Source: Candidatus Micrarchaeota archaeon
GTDB taxonomy: Archaea; Micrarchaeota; Micrarchaeia; Anstonellales; Bilamarchaeaceae
Direction of reading: 5' to 3'
NCBI GenBank assembly: GCA_038046765.1
Contig: JBBSVN010000005.1
Coordinates: 64,001 to 128,000 of the forward strand
DNA: 64,000 nt
Shown here: in pieces, positions 1 through 11,445 of the stretch
Layout: the number at the start of each line of letters is the position of its first letter
Position numbering within the stretch: the first letter of the stretch is position 1
Program-made: the position numbers and the translations under genes
The notes under the pieces: model-generated
Seen by the model: the letters and a program-made list of their open reading frames with translations, nothing else
Databases searched by the model: none
What the model was told of the DNA's origin: nothing

Positions 1-654
1 CCTATCGATTTCTGTTTTTTTATCTATCTTTTCTAGCTGTAATAATGTTCCCTCCTCCCAGTTCTGCGCATTTTTCAATGTATTTAGAAACGTTTTATAC
101 TTTAGTATCAATAGTTCGCATAAGTAGCCTGAGATTCCTTCGTATCTAATTTGTGCACCGTATAATTCATTGCTTTTTAAGAATTTTTTTAGTAGTAATA
201 CCTCCTCTACCATATCTTTTTTTAGGTTTTTTATAATATACTTTGTATGTAATACACTTCTATCTACTGCGCTTGCCATTTCCGTTGCATTTTTTATTCT
301 ATAAGCTGGAACTACATCTATTTTTTTACCCTTATAATATAGTTTTATGTAAGGATGTTCTGCATAAGATATCTCGTATCTTTCATTGGGAAATGCCTCT
401 TCTACGCAATTTCTAACTACTATTTCAAATTCATTTTTATTCTTCTTCCTATCAAAAAGTAGAAATATGTCTATATCCGTACTTTGCCGAAGGTATGTTC
501 CTTTTGCGATACTTCCTACAAGTACTGCAATAAACTCTTTGGATGTGGCCTGAAGCTTTTTTATACACTTCGCTGCAAGCTTCTTCTCATATCTATCTTC
601 TTCTTTTGTTGGTTTTATACCTTCTAGCACATTCTTTAGAAAATCATCTTTCAT
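1..654 (-). CDS. cca: Archaeal (class I) CCA-adding enzyme, N-terminal part; runs off the window start; absent from the ORF track
   Basis: Manual translation from ATG at 654 gives MKDDFLKNVLEGIKPT...LVGSIAKGTYLRQSTDIDIF (GS...DxD nucleotidyltransferase motif), then YAEHPY, DVVPAY, AVDRS and GISGYLCELL, typical of archaeal CCA enzymes. Confidence 0.93.
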   Translation of the reverse strand, partial: MKDDFLKNVLEGIKPTKEEDRYEKKLAAKCIKKLQATSKEFIAVLVGSIAKGTYLRQSTDIDIFLLFDRKKNKNEFEIVVRNCVEEAFPNERYEISYAEHPYIKLYYKGKKIDVVPAYRIKNATEMASAVDRSVLHTKYIIKNLKKDMVEEVLLLKKFLKSNELYGAQIRYEGISGYLCELLILKYKTFLNTLKNAQNWEEGTLLQLEKIDKKTEIDR

Positions 655-691
655 ACATAAATTTTAAAATGAAAACTATTTAATCAATGCT

Positions 692-2953
692 ATGGCAAGA
701 AATTTAATTTTTATTATGTTAATCTCATTAGTTCTTTTATCTGGTTGCACTTCAAAGAGCCTGGAGTCAGGAACTCAAAAAGAATTACTCATACGTCAAA
801 ATACGTTTGATCTTGATGAAGATCAACTTATTGACTATTCGGTCTTTACTTTTTCTACTATAAATTATCCATCGGTTAAATCCTCTTCAACTCGTCAGTT
901 GTTTGTAACTACTCAGTATGCTCCTGAGTCTATTTTGCTAAACTCAGTTAACTTGAGTACTGCAGTACAATTACAATCTTACTTTAATTCATATATCTCC
1001 CAGAGAACATCTGTAGAATCTTCTTGTAACGCTAAACTTGGCTTAAATGTTGCAGGTTGTTCAAGTTCTAAATCTTGTGCAGACATTTGCTCTTCATCAT
1101 CAGTACAATGCAAATCTTTAGTTAATTCTTACGGCGATTTTATCGGGGACTCCCTTCTACTGTACCAAAGTGATTTTAACGATTTAAAATCAACTGAAGC
1201 CCAAGTTTCATCGTTAATTAATAAGTTGCCATCTATTTCAACAGAACAACAAACAGATCTGTTAAACAAATTATTCTACCTAAAAAATAAGATTATTCAG
1301 ATTAAAACCAATCCGCTTGTTACTTTAAATTCTGTTAAAAGTTGTGACATGGAAAATTTGTCTGAACAAAACCTTCTTTTAGTGACTTCTTCATTAGCTA
1401 ATTACACTCTTTCACCGTCTTCTTATAGATATAATACTCTTTTATTAATTGCATTTAATCAGGCAACAACAGACTCAAACCTAAAGTCAGCCCAAGCTTC
1501 ATTTACAGATATAATCCCTTCAACATTATCTGCAAGTATGAGTTCAATTCTAGTTTCCCCAAGTACGACTTTTACTGCTGGTACCCATGCAGGAAGTAGT
1601 ATTTCGTCTCATGCAATTAAGCCATTACCCCCTAACACCGTGTCATCTTATAGTTTTATTTCAACAGCCGCGCCCGTTGACGCGCTTACCCAAATTCAGT
1701 CCCCCAATATAATATTTACAATTTCCGACCTTGGATTCGCATCTTCTATTGGCGTTGTTTATTCACTATTCTTTTCAATAACCTCTAATTTCTATGTATC
1801 ATTCTCTTTGGCGCTTACGATATGCTTAATTATACTGTGGGTTTTGTTTCAACTTATATACCTAGTTTATAACCTGATTACTGCTTCGCAATCTAATCAA
1901 CCCTTTGGGTCTGCCCTTAGATCTACTTTTGGCAGGATTAAGATTAATTGGAAAGCTGACCTATTTGTTGCGATTGGTGCATTTATATTTGGGCTGCTGG
2001 TAAGTTTTGTCTCCACACCTGCAAACGCTTCCTTGGATTTTTTATCTATTATTGATTTAGCGTTTTCGGATTTTAAAATTCTTGTTTCCTTAGCTTTGTT
2101 TTCTCTTGGGTTTATGTTTGTATATTTTGCATTTGAAAATAAAGTCAAAGTATTTCTCATGGAAAAATATTATGGAAGAGCTATATACGAAGAAAAAAAT
2201 CTCAATATATCGCGAGCAACAGAGTTAAAATCAAGCTCGCGTGAACTTAAGTCTCTTTTGGATGTTATGACTAAAGAAAACTTTGATGTTGGAAATGAGT
2301 ACGAAATATTAACTCCTATTCCAGAAGACCGTATTAATACTTTATCTGCAAAAGCAGATTCATATTCAAGAAAAGTTATTGATGAAGAATTATTTAAAGT
2401 AGAAGATACTTTGCGTAAACTTCAGGAAAGGCGTAAACTTGCAATCGAAAGGTGGCCTTTATGGGAAAAATCCATGTCTGAATTATTTAGTGAAAACGTT
2501 GAAGTTTCATCTTCTTCACTTACCTTTATCCCAAGTCCCCTTCGTGACTGGGCACTTAAAAAATATCTTAGTGCACACTCTAATGAAAACGTTTCCTTGT
2601 CTGGTGAAACTTTAAAAAGAAAAACTATTACTGCAGAAAAAACTGCCGAAACATTCGTTAACAAAGGTTTAGTTCATGGTTGTGTTATAATTCGGGATAA
2701 CAAAATTTCATTTTCCTCCCTAACTGAAGGCAGCTCAACAATGTTTGGTGTACTATCTTTTAAGCTTATCGAGGATCTTAAATCTCTTCCAAAGTATCTT
2801 TCATTCGGAGTAGTACATTCTTCGGTTTCTGTTGGTGAAAAATACGTGTTTGCATTAATTAGGCAAAAGACAATTGACAGCGTACTTATTCTTGAAAAGC
2901 CTAAATTCAAGGAAGCTATTGAAGAATGGAAAACGAAGATGAAAGGCTTCTAG
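692..2953 (+). CDS. Hypothetical membrane protein: lipobox-like signal, Cys-rich extracellular region, several TM helices, cytoplasmic coiled-coil C-terminus
   Basis: 753-aa ORF; LLSGC after a hydrophobic N-terminus; Cys cluster at about residues 110-140; hydrophobic segments at about 350-480. Confidence 0.7.
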   Translation: MARNLIFIMLISLVLLSGCTSKSLESGTQKELLIRQNTFDLDEDQLIDYSVFTFSTINYPSVKSSSTRQLFVTTQYAPESILLNSVNLSTAVQLQSYFNSYISQRTSVESSCNAKLGLNVAGCSSSKSCADICSSSSVQCKSLVNSYGDFIGDSLLLYQSDFNDLKSTEAQVSSLINKLPSISTEQQTDLLNKLFYLKNKIIQIKTNPLVTLNSVKSCDMENLSEQNLLLVTSSLANYTLSPSSYRYNTLLLIAFNQATTDSNLKSAQASFTDIIPSTLSASMSSILVSPSTTFTAGTHAGSSISSHAIKPLPPNTVSSYSFISTAAPVDALTQIQSPNIIFTISDLGFASSIGVVYSLFFSITSNFYVSFSLALTICLIILWVLFQLIYLVYNLITASQSNQPFGSALRSTFGRIKINWKADLFVAIGAFIFGLLVSFVSTPANASLDFLSIIDLAFSDFKILVSLALFSLGFMFVYFAFENKVKVFLMEKYYGRAIYEEKNLNISRATELKSSSRELKSLLDVMTKENFDVGNEYEILTPIPEDRINTLSAKADSYSRKVIDEELFKVEDTLRKLQERRKLAIERWPLWEKSMSELFSENVEVSSSSLTFIPSPLRDWALKKYLSAHSNENVSLSGETLKRKTITAEKTAETFVNKGLVHGCVIIRDNKISFSSLTEGSSTMFGVLSFKLIEDLKSLPKYLSFGVVHSSVSVGEKYVFALIRQKTIDSVLILEKPKFKEAIEEWKTKMKGF

Positions 2954-3054
2954 TTTTGTAGCTTCTTCCCAGTGTTTTCCTTGGGACACTTATTTAAATA
3001 TATTTCTTTACCTTAATATGTTATAAAAAATAAAATCATTTGAGGTGAAAATAC

Positions 3055-3358
3055 ATGGGAAGAAGCGAAAACGTAGCTTGTAAAAATGTAAACGGGTGTT
3101 TAGAAATCCAGTAAAGGAACTGTTAATCTAACAAATAAAAATGAAAATCGAAAGTCTAGTTTTAATAAAAAAGTCGAACTTAAAAAGTCAGTTTCTCTAG
3201 ACGGGGAAAAGTTAAACCAATTATTTAAAGCATATTATTCTAAGCCATACTCTTTGCGGCAGCTTGCAACCATGTTTGGAGTTAGTCGTATGACTGTTTG
3301 GCGAGCTGTGCAAAACTTTGTGCCATCTACTATTGGGGCTAACCCCTCTTTTTTATAG
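3055..3358 (+). pseudogene. Small helix-turn-helix protein, apparently frameshifted
   Basis: Open frame 3104-3358 encodes YYSKPYSLRQLATMFGVSRMTVWRAV (HTH) with no start before the motif. The ATG at 3055 has a GAGGTGA Shine-Dalgarno (SD) but is in another frame that stops at 3114. Confidence 0.55.
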
Positions 3359-3371
3359 AGGTGAATTAAAC

Positions 3372-3818
3372 ATGCGTGTTGCATTTGCAGAGTCTAGACA
3401 ATCTGATCGTTCGCTACCTACAAATAAAATTTCTTTAGGTGATTTAGTTAAGCGTTTTAAAGATGATCCAAGGTTAATGCAAAGTTTAGCATTTCAAAGA
3501 GTTCATGCTGACCTAGATTCTACTTTATGGGATCCAGATAAATTATATCTCGCTTCATTAAGACACGTTCCAACTGACGATGTATCTGAAAAAGTTCGTT
3601 TAGGTGCTTTTGTAGTTAGTTTGTGTCGCCTTAGTTTAAGACCAGATGTTGCTCCTGTTCTTTACCAAGGCCATAGTGATTCGTCTCGGTTTGTCCTAAG
3701 TTCTGGGTTTAAAGAGAATGCTTTAGCTCATTTTGTGTATTTTGTTCCTGTACGTGAGCCAATGAGTGAAGAACTTAGTGCGTATTTTCATGAGCGTGAA
3801 ATGAGGATGCGAACCTAA
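3372..3818 (+). CDS. Hypothetical protein
   Basis: ORF; start moved to ATG 3372, which follows a GAGGTGA SD. Confidence 0.6.
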   Translation: MRVAFAESRQSDRSLPTNKISLGDLVKRFKDDPRLMQSLAFQRVHADLDSTLWDPDKLYLASLRHVPTDDVSEKVRLGAFVVSLCRLSLRPDVAPVLYQGHSDSSRFVLSSGFKENALAHFVYFVPVREPMSEELSAYFHEREMRMRT

Positions 3819-3899
3819 CTCCTTTAATTTTAATTCCATTTATATTTTTTCCTATTCTAATTATACTTATCATAATAAATCAAAACATTAGTGATATCT

Positions 3900-4106
3900 A
3901 TGAAAACAAAAATATTTTTCTTATTTGCAATTTTGATTTTATCCGCTAGTTTAATCTATGCTAATGAAAAAGCAGGAGAAGCTGGCACAGAAAAGACTGT
4001 AGAAAAAGTAGATGTTTGGGAAAAAGTAGGGTTAATGCTTATAGGAGTTGTTGTTTCGGCAATACTTATCCTGCTTTTTGTGTTTTTAACTAAGGGGAAA
4101 TATTAG
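3900..4106 (+). CDS. Small membrane protein (signal peptide plus C-terminal TM helix)
   Basis: Hydrophobic N- and C-terminal segments. Confidence 0.6.
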   Translation: MKTKIFFLFAILILSASLIYANEKAGEAGTEKTVEKVDVWEKVGLMLIGVVVSAILILLFVFLTKGKY

Positions 4107-4119
4107 CTTTTTTATAATT

Positions 4120-4779
4120 TTATATTTGTAATTTTTTCACAGTTTCATATAATGCATCTAACGACTTAAATATATCTTTAGTTGTTATTTCAGATTTTAC
4201 TATAATTAGATTAACCTTAGTAGAACCTATTTCGAATATTATGTCGAAAGGAGTTCGTATCAAAGGTGTTCCTCTATCATAAAGTCTCATATTAGGAGTA
4301 ACATCCGCAAATTTTTCGTAAACATCTTTTAGCCCCACCTCAACAAATTTCTCTTTTGAATCTAAAAAAGCGTATTTTGGCGCGACCCCTAACCTATTCT
4401 CTGTTTCGATTGATAAAATCCAGTAGAAAAAGCTTGATAATTTTCCTTGCATTGTAAAACCGCCGTATGCTGCGTACCTAGAAATCAATATCTTATAAGT
4501 TCTTTTATCATATTCTCCTTGCCACGCCATTCCATCTATTGGTTTTCCAGTTATTTGAAATCCTTTCTTGTTTAGCTCCTTATTTATGTTTTCAAAATAT
4601 CCTAAATCTTTATGACTTTGATACCACATATATCCTAAACCGCCTAAGAAAATTATTGTGAACGCCAATATTCCTGCCGTATTTGCTCTAGGTGTAGCAA
4701 AATAGTAAAGAAATACGAAAAAAATTATGCTAATTATAAGAATAATTAAATAAATCCGATCGATAGGGGTTATTCTCAT
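4120..4779 (-). CDS. Hypothetical membrane protein with 2 N-terminal TM helices
   Basis: 219-aa ORF abutting the gyrA stop codon. Confidence 0.7.
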   Translation of the reverse strand: MRITPIDRIYLIILIISIIFFVFLYYFATPRANTAGILAFTIIFLGGLGYMWYQSHKDLGYFENINKELNKKGFQITGKPIDGMAWQGEYDKRTYKILISRYAAYGGFTMQGKLSSFFYWILSIETENRLGVAPKYAFLDSKEKFVEVGLKDVYEKFADVTPNMRLYDRGTPLIRTPFDIIFEIGSTKVNLIIVKSEITTKDIFKSLDALYETVKKLQI

Positions 4780-7700
4780 TTAGTCCACTTTCTTTTCATG
4801 TGCGTTTGCTGGGGGTTTTTCTTCCTGTGCATTTACTTCTGTTCCATTTGTTTTTTCCTTCGGTACATTTGCTTGGTCGGTTTCTCCTGCATTCACCGTA
4901 TTTACTACGTCTGTTTCTTGCGTCGTATCTGGTTTACTTTCAAATGCGGCAAAGCTAGCGACCTTTTCCCCTTCGTTAAGTTTGATTATCCTAACTCCCA
5001 TCGTGTTCCTGCCGATTATCGAGATTCCATTCGCTCCTACGCGTATTGTCTGGCCTTTGTCAGTTACAACTAAAATCTCATCGTTTTCATTTACGCATTT
5101 AGCTCCGCAGACAAAACCATTTCTTTCTTCGGTTTTTATGTTTATTATTCCGCTTCCGCCTCGCCCTTGTAATCGGTATTCTTCAATCTCGGTTCGTTTT
5201 CCGTATCCGTTTTCAGTTATTGTCAATAATACGGAAGTATTGCAAACAGTCATGCTGACAACTTCGTCATCATCGTCCATCCTAATTCCAATTACCCCTT
5301 GGCCGGTTCGTCCTATTTCGCGTGCATCTTCTTCCATGAATCTTATTGATTGACCTTTTTTAGTTGAAATTAAAACGCTTTGCTTGCCATCGGTTTTAAC
5401 TACATCAACTAGTCCGTCCTTTTCCTTTAATGTAATTGCAATAATTCCGTTTTTTCTTGGATTATTAAAGTTTGCTAGTGAGGTTCTTTTTATTATCCCC
5501 AACTTAGTTGACATCATTAAAAATTCATTTTCATTGAACTTGTCAACAGAAATCCATGAGGTTACCTTTTCATCTTTAAGATCAAGCAAGTTAACTATCG
5601 TTTTTCCTGTTGCATGTCTTGAAACCTCTGGGACTTTATATGATTTCAACCAAAATACTCTTCCTAAATTCGTGAAGCATAACATGTAATTGTGATTTTT
5701 AGTTACAATAACATCGAGTATTGCATCTTCTTCTTTTGTCTCGCCACCAACTCCCTTTCCGCCTCTTCTTTGTACGTGATACTCGTTTAATTTCATTCTT
5801 TTTATGTATCCTCTTCCAGTTATTGCTAGTACAACGTCATCGTTTGGAATAAGCGCTTCGTCATCAATCTCCTCATCGCTATCAAGTATTTCTGTTCTTC
5901 TTGGGTTGTTGTGTTTTTCTTTTATTTCTGCTAATTCTACTTTTATAATTTCTAAAATTTTGTTAATATCTGAAAGAATATCTTTTAATTTTAAAATTTC
6001 TTTCATCAGTTCGCTTAGTTCTTCCTCTATCTTCTTTCTTTCTAATGAAATTAATTTTTGGAGTCTCATATCTAAAATAGCGTTAGCTTGTTTTTCGCTT
6101 AGTTGATAATTATTCATTAATCCAAGTCTTGCTTCCTGAACATCTTTTGATTTTTTTAAGAATGCGACTATTGGTTCAATGTTGTCTAATGCCTTAGTTA
6201 ATCCTTCTAATATGTGTGCTTTATCTGTTGCAACTCTAAGTTCAAATTGGCATCTTCTTGTTACAATTTCTTTTCTAAAATCTACAAATTCACGAATCAT
6301 TTCATATAACGGAAGTACTTTTGGTTGCTTTCCAACAAGTAGTAAATTTATTATTCCAAAACTTGATTGTAAACCCGTATGCGTATAAAGTTGGTTTAGT
6401 GTTACTTCTGGGTTGGCATCTCTTGTTAATTCAACCACTACTTCTATTCCAGTTCGGTCGCTTAAATCATGTACTCCGCGAACTCCTTCGATTACCTTAT
6501 CCCGAACTTTATCTGCAATCGTTTCGATGATACTAGTTTTAGTTACCTGGTATGGAATTTCTTTTATTATTATCGCATTTTTCTTATGGTCTATTTCGCA
6601 TTTTCCTCTTAATTTTATGCTTCCTCTTCCTGTTTTTTGAGCGTTATAAATCCCGTTTCTTCCTAATATTTGTCCGCCAGTTGGAAAATCAGGGCCCAAA
6701 ACATGGCTCATAACCTGTTCTTCATTTGCGCCACTAATGTAAGCCAATATTCCATCAACAATTTCGCCTAGGTTATGCGGTGGCATGTTTGTTGCCATAC
6801 CAACTGCGATTCCAGAACTTCCGTTAATTAATAAGTTTGGAAATTTACTTGGCATTACTGTCGGTTCCTTTAATGTTCCATCAAAATTAGGTACAAAATC
6901 TACTGTTTCTTTTTCTAAATCATTTAGCATTTCTTCAGCAAGTTTTTGTAATCTTACCTCGGTATATCTCATTGAAGCGGGCGGGTCTCCATCAATCGAA
7001 CCAAAATTTCCCTGTCCTTCTACTAAAGTGTATCTCATGCTAAATTCTTGAGCCATTCTTACTAATGACTCGTAAATAGGTGAGTCTCCGTGTGGATGGT
7101 ACTTACCCATACAATTATGAGAAATCATTCCGTTTGCAATAAATTCATGCGAGTTTTCAACTTGAATGTCGTAAGTTTTTTCGATACCCGCGTCCTCTAT
7201 TTTTTCCACTTTTAAGAAATATGTGTCATTGTCTAAAACTTCATTTATGAAATTAGCTAAAGGAGATTTCATTTGATTTAATTTTTCTTGTATCCCCAAA
7301 TCAACAATCTGGGTTCTTCCAAGATTTTTTTCTTTTAAGTCCTTTGAATATCTAATTTTTGTTCCATCAGGGTATTTTATCCCCATTTTGAATTTTTGGT
7401 TATCTGCATCTTGGTACCAGCCACCGCCTAAATGCTTATTACTAAATTCTCCAAATATTATCTTTCCTGCATATGGGATTTGGTCATATTTGCAAACTTT
7501 CATATCTTGTCCTATTTTTTCCTTACCTGCTATTTTTCTTTCATCAAAGAATTCTAACATTTCCGCTAATTCAATTGCAAATCTACTTCTTACTTCAAGT
7601 GAGTGTGCTGGGAAATTTCCCTTAGCCATTCTACCATTTATCATGTGTGCTTCTTTGGGTTCCTGCACATATCTTGTACTAAAAATACCTATATGTTGTA

Positions 7701-8709
7701 AAATAATCTGAATCTGGTCAATCATTTTTTCTGAAACAGAGACATATCTCAAACAGTTTCGTTCGCTATCTATGCTCCCATCTCCATCTATTAATCCGCT
7801 TAATAATGCGTTTATAACTGGTTTTGGTGAAGAAAATATTTGTTTAGGAATAAATTTTGTTTCTGCCAAAGCGTTTTCTAATTCAAATGTTTTTACTAAG
7901 AAGTTGTTTACATCTACTTTATTTACCCTTACTAGATACATCTTATTTAGAAGAATTTGGCCTGTTGTTGTTTCTACCTCATATTCTCTTTCTTCCAATG
8001 TTGCTTCATAATTAAATTCTTCATTTAATATCTCTATTAATTTTTGGATTACTGCAATCGAGTTACTCGAAACCGCGCATCTGTAATCCTTACCGTGATT
8101 ATATCCTTTTTCAACCCAACCATCTGATAATAATTGACCTAAAAGATACGCTATGTTTTCATTTAAGTATACTTTTTTACCTTCAAATTCTCCAAGTAAC
8201 ACATGCTTTTTTATGTTTGGATAAATAGATCTTGAAACGACGTATTGATTTTCTTTTAAATCCTTCGCTTCAATCCAAACAAATTCCATTTTTTCATTCA
8301 ATATCTTGAATTTTTGTGATTTAGTAACTATGTTTGAAATTCCATTTGCAAGTTTGATTTTTATTAATTCTTTTTCAGGCATTTCGTATAGCTCGTTAAC
8401 TTTATTTTCTCCATTTTGAGTGTAAACAATGTCTCCTTTCTCTATTTCTTGTATTGGGATTAATCCCCTTTTAGCTGCAACTAAGGTATCTTTTACAAAA
8501 CATTCCCCAACTACTCTAGCTGATTTTTTAGTTGGTTTACTATGTGTGTTTCCTAGTTCGTGCATTGAAAAAAGTATTCTTCTATGTACTGGTTTTAATC
8601 CATCTCGAATATCGGGAATTGCCCGTCCAACAATTACGCTCATCGAGTAGTTTAAGTAACTTTCTTTTAGGTCTTTTTCAATTGACTGGTTGATGATTAT
8701 TTCGGACAT
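4780..8709 (-). CDS. gyrA: DNA gyrase subunit A, intein-containing
   Basis: [18 protein letters not shown], catalytic SMRYTE, GyrA-box QRRGGKG, C-terminal beta-pinwheel repeats; probable start ATG 8709. Confidence 0.97.
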   Translation of the reverse strand: MSEIIINQSIEKDLKESYLNYSMSVIVGRAIPDIRDGLKPVHRRILFSMHELGNTHSKPTKKSARVVGECFVKDTLVAAKRGLIPIQEIEKGDIVYTQNGENKVNELYEMPEKELIKIKLANGISNIVTKSQKFKILNEKMEFVWIEAKDLKENQYVVSRSIYPNIKKHVLLGEFEGKKVYLNENIAYLLGQLLSDGWVEKGYNHGKDYRCAVSSNSIAVIQKLIEILNEEFNYEATLEEREYEVETTTGQILLNKMYLVRVNKVDVNNFLVKTFELENALAETKFIPKQIFSSPKPVINALLSGLIDGDGSIDSERNCLRYVSVSEKMIDQIQIILQHIGIFSTRYVQEPKEAHMINGRMAKGNFPAHSLEVRSRFAIELAEMLEFFDERKIAGKEKIGQDMKVCKYDQIPYAGKIIFGEFSNKHLGGGWYQDADNQKFKMGIKYPDGTKIRYSKDLKEKNLGRTQIVDLGIQEKLNQMKSPLANFINEVLDNDTYFLKVEKIEDAGIEKTYDIQVENSHEFIANGMISHNCMGKYHPHGDSPIYESLVRMAQEFSMRYTLVEGQGNFGSIDGDPPASMRYTEVRLQKLAEEMLNDLEKETVDFVPNFDGTLKEPTVMPSKFPNLLINGSSGIAVGMATNMPPHNLGEIVDGILAYISGANEEQVMSHVLGPDFPTGGQILGRNGIYNAQKTGRGSIKLRGKCEIDHKKNAIIIKEIPYQVTKTSIIETIADKVRDKVIEGVRGVHDLSDRTGIEVVVELTRDANPEVTLNQLYTHTGLQSSFGIINLLLVGKQPKVLPLYEMIREFVDFRKEIVTRRCQFELRVATDKAHILEGLTKALDNIEPIVAFLKKSKDVQEARLGLMNNYQLSEKQANAILDMRLQKLISLERKKIEEELSELMKEILKLKDILSDINKILEIIKVELAEIKEKHNNPRRTEILDSDEEIDDEALIPNDDVVLAITGRGYIKRMKLNEYHVQRRGGKGVGGETKEEDAILDVIVTKNHNYMLCFTNLGRVFWLKSYKVPEVSRHATGKTIVNLLDLKDEKVTSWISVDKFNENEFLMMSTKLGIIKRTSLANFNNPRKNGIIAITLKEKDGLVDVVKTDGKQSVLISTKKGQSIRFMEEDAREIGRTGQGVIGIRMDDDDEVVSMTVCNTSVLLTITENGYGKRTEIEEYRLQGRGGSGIINIKTEERNGFVCGAKCVNENDEILVVTDKGQTIRVGANGISIIGRNTMGVRIIKLNEGEKVASFAAFESKPDTTQETDVVNTVNAGETDQANVPKEKTNGTEVNAQEEKPPANAHEKKVD
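7114..8502 (-). mobile_element. Intein with LAGLIDADG homing endonuclease (463 aa) in GyrA
   Basis: Starts CFVKDTLV after SARVVGE and ends [21 protein letters not shown] followed by +1 Cys ([10 protein letters not shown]); LAGLIDADG-like motifs LLGQLLSDG and [10 protein letters not shown]. Confidence 0.95.
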
Positions 8710-8815
8710 AAATACCACTAAATCTATAGTTTAATCGTGTGTTTTTTTATTTATAAAATTAGGCTGTTTTTGCCTTATATATTTATCGCAAAAACGTATT
8801 AAATACCTGACGGTT

Positions 8816-9889
8816 TTACTTTCTTGCAATTATCGCTTCTCTTGTAGCATTGCGCTCTTCATAAGTTCCTCCAAGTGCTTCATAGTGCGTTGGTTTTCTG
8901 AATGTTTCTGAATAATACTCCGAAGGCAAATACCAAGCTTGTGTATCTCTAAAAAATGCTCCACTTTCATCTACTTCACTTGTTCCAAAAATAGAACTTT
9001 GTTCCAATGTTCCTGCCCACTTCATTCCAGCTAATCTGCAACAGGCTTGTAAAATACTACTATCTGCGCGTGCTTCTGCAAAGACTACTAAATTAGGGCC
9101 GTAGGTATTTCTTGCGATATAAACTGCCTTGTAAGCCATAAACGGAATGATGTCTAAGACAATTTGCCTATCCGCATCAACATTTACAAAATCCAAGAAT
9201 GCTACTTCTTCCTCATCATTGGCTCTTTCGCCTACTCTAAGTTCCCCAGTTTTCCTATTCAAATTTACAATTTCTTTATCTGCCATAAATACTGCTGCAA
9301 TTTTATCACTGCCAATTTTTCTTGCAACTAGTACGATGTGGTCGTTTGGCATTTTCATTACTGCTTCTGGACTAATGTCTGTTGGATAATCATAAAATAT
9401 TCTTGTAAACCTAGCTGAAATTTGCGTAGCAAGTGCTTCGTTCATGTGTGTTATTTGTTCAACCGCATAGCCTTCACAACTTCTAACTAATCCCTTTATT
9501 TCCGGAACAGGATATTCTTCTTCAATGCGCGAAATCTGTTCTAAATATTTTGCTTTAGCTTCTAAGTTACTTCTTCTTGAAGGCGTATTATGTGCCAGAG
9601 TAACTAAATTATATCCTTTGAAAATATGCTCTACAGGAAAATTTGCTTCTATTGAAAAACCATTTAGCGTTTCTCTACTTTTTTTAATTGCATTAACTAA
9701 ACTGGATTCGATAAATGCTCTGATCATTACTCTAGTTGCAGGTGAAGTTTTCGGGTGTCCTATAAGTTTTTTTGCATCATCCATCAAATCTTCAATGTGT
9801 TCTTTGTCTATTAATCTAAAACATAAACCTTTGATTCGATTATTCTTTGGGTCATACCGGGGTAAATGAATTCCTAATCTTGCTGACAT
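8816..9889 (-). CDS. Hypothetical protein, possibly with a GNAT-like C-terminal domain
   Basis: 357-aa ORF; VFAEARA...GMKWAGTL loosely resembles acetyltransferase C-termini (weak). Confidence 0.55.
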   Translation of the reverse strand: MSARLGIHLPRYDPKNNRIKGLCFRLIDKEHIEDLMDDAKKLIGHPKTSPATRVMIRAFIESSLVNAIKKSRETLNGFSIEANFPVEHIFKGYNLVTLAHNTPSRRSNLEAKAKYLEQISRIEEEYPVPEIKGLVRSCEGYAVEQITHMNEALATQISARFTRIFYDYPTDISPEAVMKMPNDHIVLVARKIGSDKIAAVFMADKEIVNLNRKTGELRVGERANDEEEVAFLDFVNVDADRQIVLDIIPFMAYKAVYIARNTYGPNLVVFAEARADSSILQACCRLAGMKWAGTLEQSSIFGTSEVDESGAFFRDTQAWYLPSEYYSETFRKPTHYEALGGTYEERNATREAIIARK

Positions 9890-9987
9890 AAATATTTCAC
9901 CGTTTAAAATTAGTTTAAATTAGTTTTTTATTTTTAGCTACTTTAATATATATTTGGTAACATTAAAAAGGGTTTTGAAAAGCAATC

Positions 9988-10039
9988 GATTCCGTTCTAG
10001 CGAACTTTTAGGCTGTTTTTGATGGTTGGAGCGGAAACG
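9988..10039. repeat. Direct repeat copy 1 (imperfect palindrome) downstream of the AAA ATPase
   Basis: GATTCCGTTCTAGC...GGTTGGAGCGGAAACG; 48/53 identical to 11347-11399. Confidence 0.9.
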
Positions 10040-10047
10040 TTTTATAA

Positions 10048-11316
10048 TTAAACTGATAAGGCAAATAACGGAAGATATAATCTGGTTTTTGTAATTGTTT
10101 TATCAATATCCAACATTATCGTGCCATCTCTCTGTTTTTTACCCTTGCCTACTTCAAATTTTAGTTTTCCTGCAATAAAATCTGCTTCATGGCTGTAAAA
10201 TAAATCTGGTTCACTTTCAACTAAATGCCGAAATACTGAGCCCTCTCTTGAGTTACCAGTTAATTCTGCAATGTTCGCAATTGGGAGGGCAAGGTAATAT
10301 CTAATAGAAGAAGAATAGAAAAACCATTTTTTCGGTTTTTTTAGCATTCGATTTCTTCCTTCAAATGTTATGCCTTTTATAAGAACGCTATTTTCAAGAG
10401 CATCTAGTATTTTAACAACACTTTCCTTTGAAATACCAATAACTTCTGAAAGGCTTGATATTTTTACCCCATCAGAAGGTATTGTAGACAAGTATTTTAT
10501 CATTTTTTCTGCGCTTGATAACATTTCACCACTGAATTTCTCATATTTTGCAAGATCTTCGTAAACCGTTCTTTTGATTAACTCAGTTATCGCTTCTTTA
10601 TACGCAATATCGCTAAGGTTAAGTGAAAATGGCATGTCTTGTTTTACATATTCCTCATAAATTGCAGATAAATTGTAGTTCTTCATAATTACAAGAACTT
10701 TAAGATATTGTGGATTGCAATCTTCTTCCTTTTTGATGTTGTTTCGTATCTCTAAAGTCAACTCTTCAGGAATTACCAAGTCATATTTTAATGCTAAGTA
10801 TTCTCTAAATGAGAACGGCAATGCATGTAATTCAAAAGCTCGTCTTGCCAATTCCTTTGTCTTTTTTATTGGCAATGCTGACGATGACGTGGCTATAATT
10901 ATAATGTTTGGTCTTCGGTCTCTTAGTACTTTTAATTTAAGATCCCAGTTCTCAAGGTAAGTTACTTCGTCGAGTAAAAGCAGGAACTGTTTGCTCATAC
11001 CAATGTTTTGTTTTTGTATGTAATCTAAAGCTTCTATTGCATCTTCTAAACTTATCCCCCTTGAAACTAAGGCATCTGCAGATAAATAAGTGATACTATC
11101 ATTATTTTTACTTTCCATTATCTGATAAAGTGCAGTCGTTTTCCCAGTTCCTCTTAAACCACTTATAAGAATTACTCTCTGACCGCTTTCTTTTATTGCT
11201 TTCTCAAGATTGCTTACAAAAAATCTTCTTTTTGTTATCTTCTTTAGTTCTTCTTGTGCCAAGATAACATTTTCTGCAATTGAGTTTGATATAAAATTTA
11301 CTATTTTGTCATCCAT
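10048..11316 (-). CDS. AAA+ ATPase (AAA_14 plus DUF4143-like architecture)
   Basis: Walker A GLRGTGKT, Walker B LLLLDE, TSSS, wHTH-like segment, KKPKKWFF, EADF...FEVG tail. Confidence 0.85.
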   Translation of the reverse strand: MDDKIVNFISNSIAENVILAQEELKKITKRRFFVSNLEKAIKESGQRVILISGLRGTGKTTALYQIMESKNNDSITYLSADALVSRGISLEDAIEALDYIQKQNIGMSKQFLLLLDEVTYLENWDLKLKVLRDRRPNIIIIATSSSALPIKKTKELARRAFELHALPFSFREYLALKYDLVIPEELTLEIRNNIKKEEDCNPQYLKVLVIMKNYNLSAIYEEYVKQDMPFSLNLSDIAYKEAITELIKRTVYEDLAKYEKFSGEMLSSAEKMIKYLSTIPSDGVKISSLSEVIGISKESVVKILDALENSVLIKGITFEGRNRMLKKPKKWFFYSSSIRYYLALPIANIAELTGNSREGSVFRHLVESEPDLFYSHEADFIAGKLKFEVGKGKKQRDGTIMLDIDKTITKTRLYLPLFALSV

Positions 11317-11346
11317 AAGTCTATTCTATTTAAATAGGTATTTAAA

Positions 11347-11399
11347 GATTCCGTTCTAGCGGAAGTTTTAGGGTGCTTTTGAAGGTTGGAGCGGAAACG
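11347..11399. repeat. Direct repeat copy 2 upstream of the AAA ATPase
   Basis: Same orientation as, and 48/53 identical to, 9988-10039. Confidence 0.9.
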
Positions 11400-11445
11400 C
11401 AAAAGAGCTCTGCATTTTTTAAATTGTTGTATTTATAATAATTTT

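Noticed and set aside
4798..8650. Many short opposite-strand ORFs over gyrA, and similar ones over gyrB, secD/F and others
   Set aside because: Antisense shadows of well-supported genes, with no recognisable motifs.
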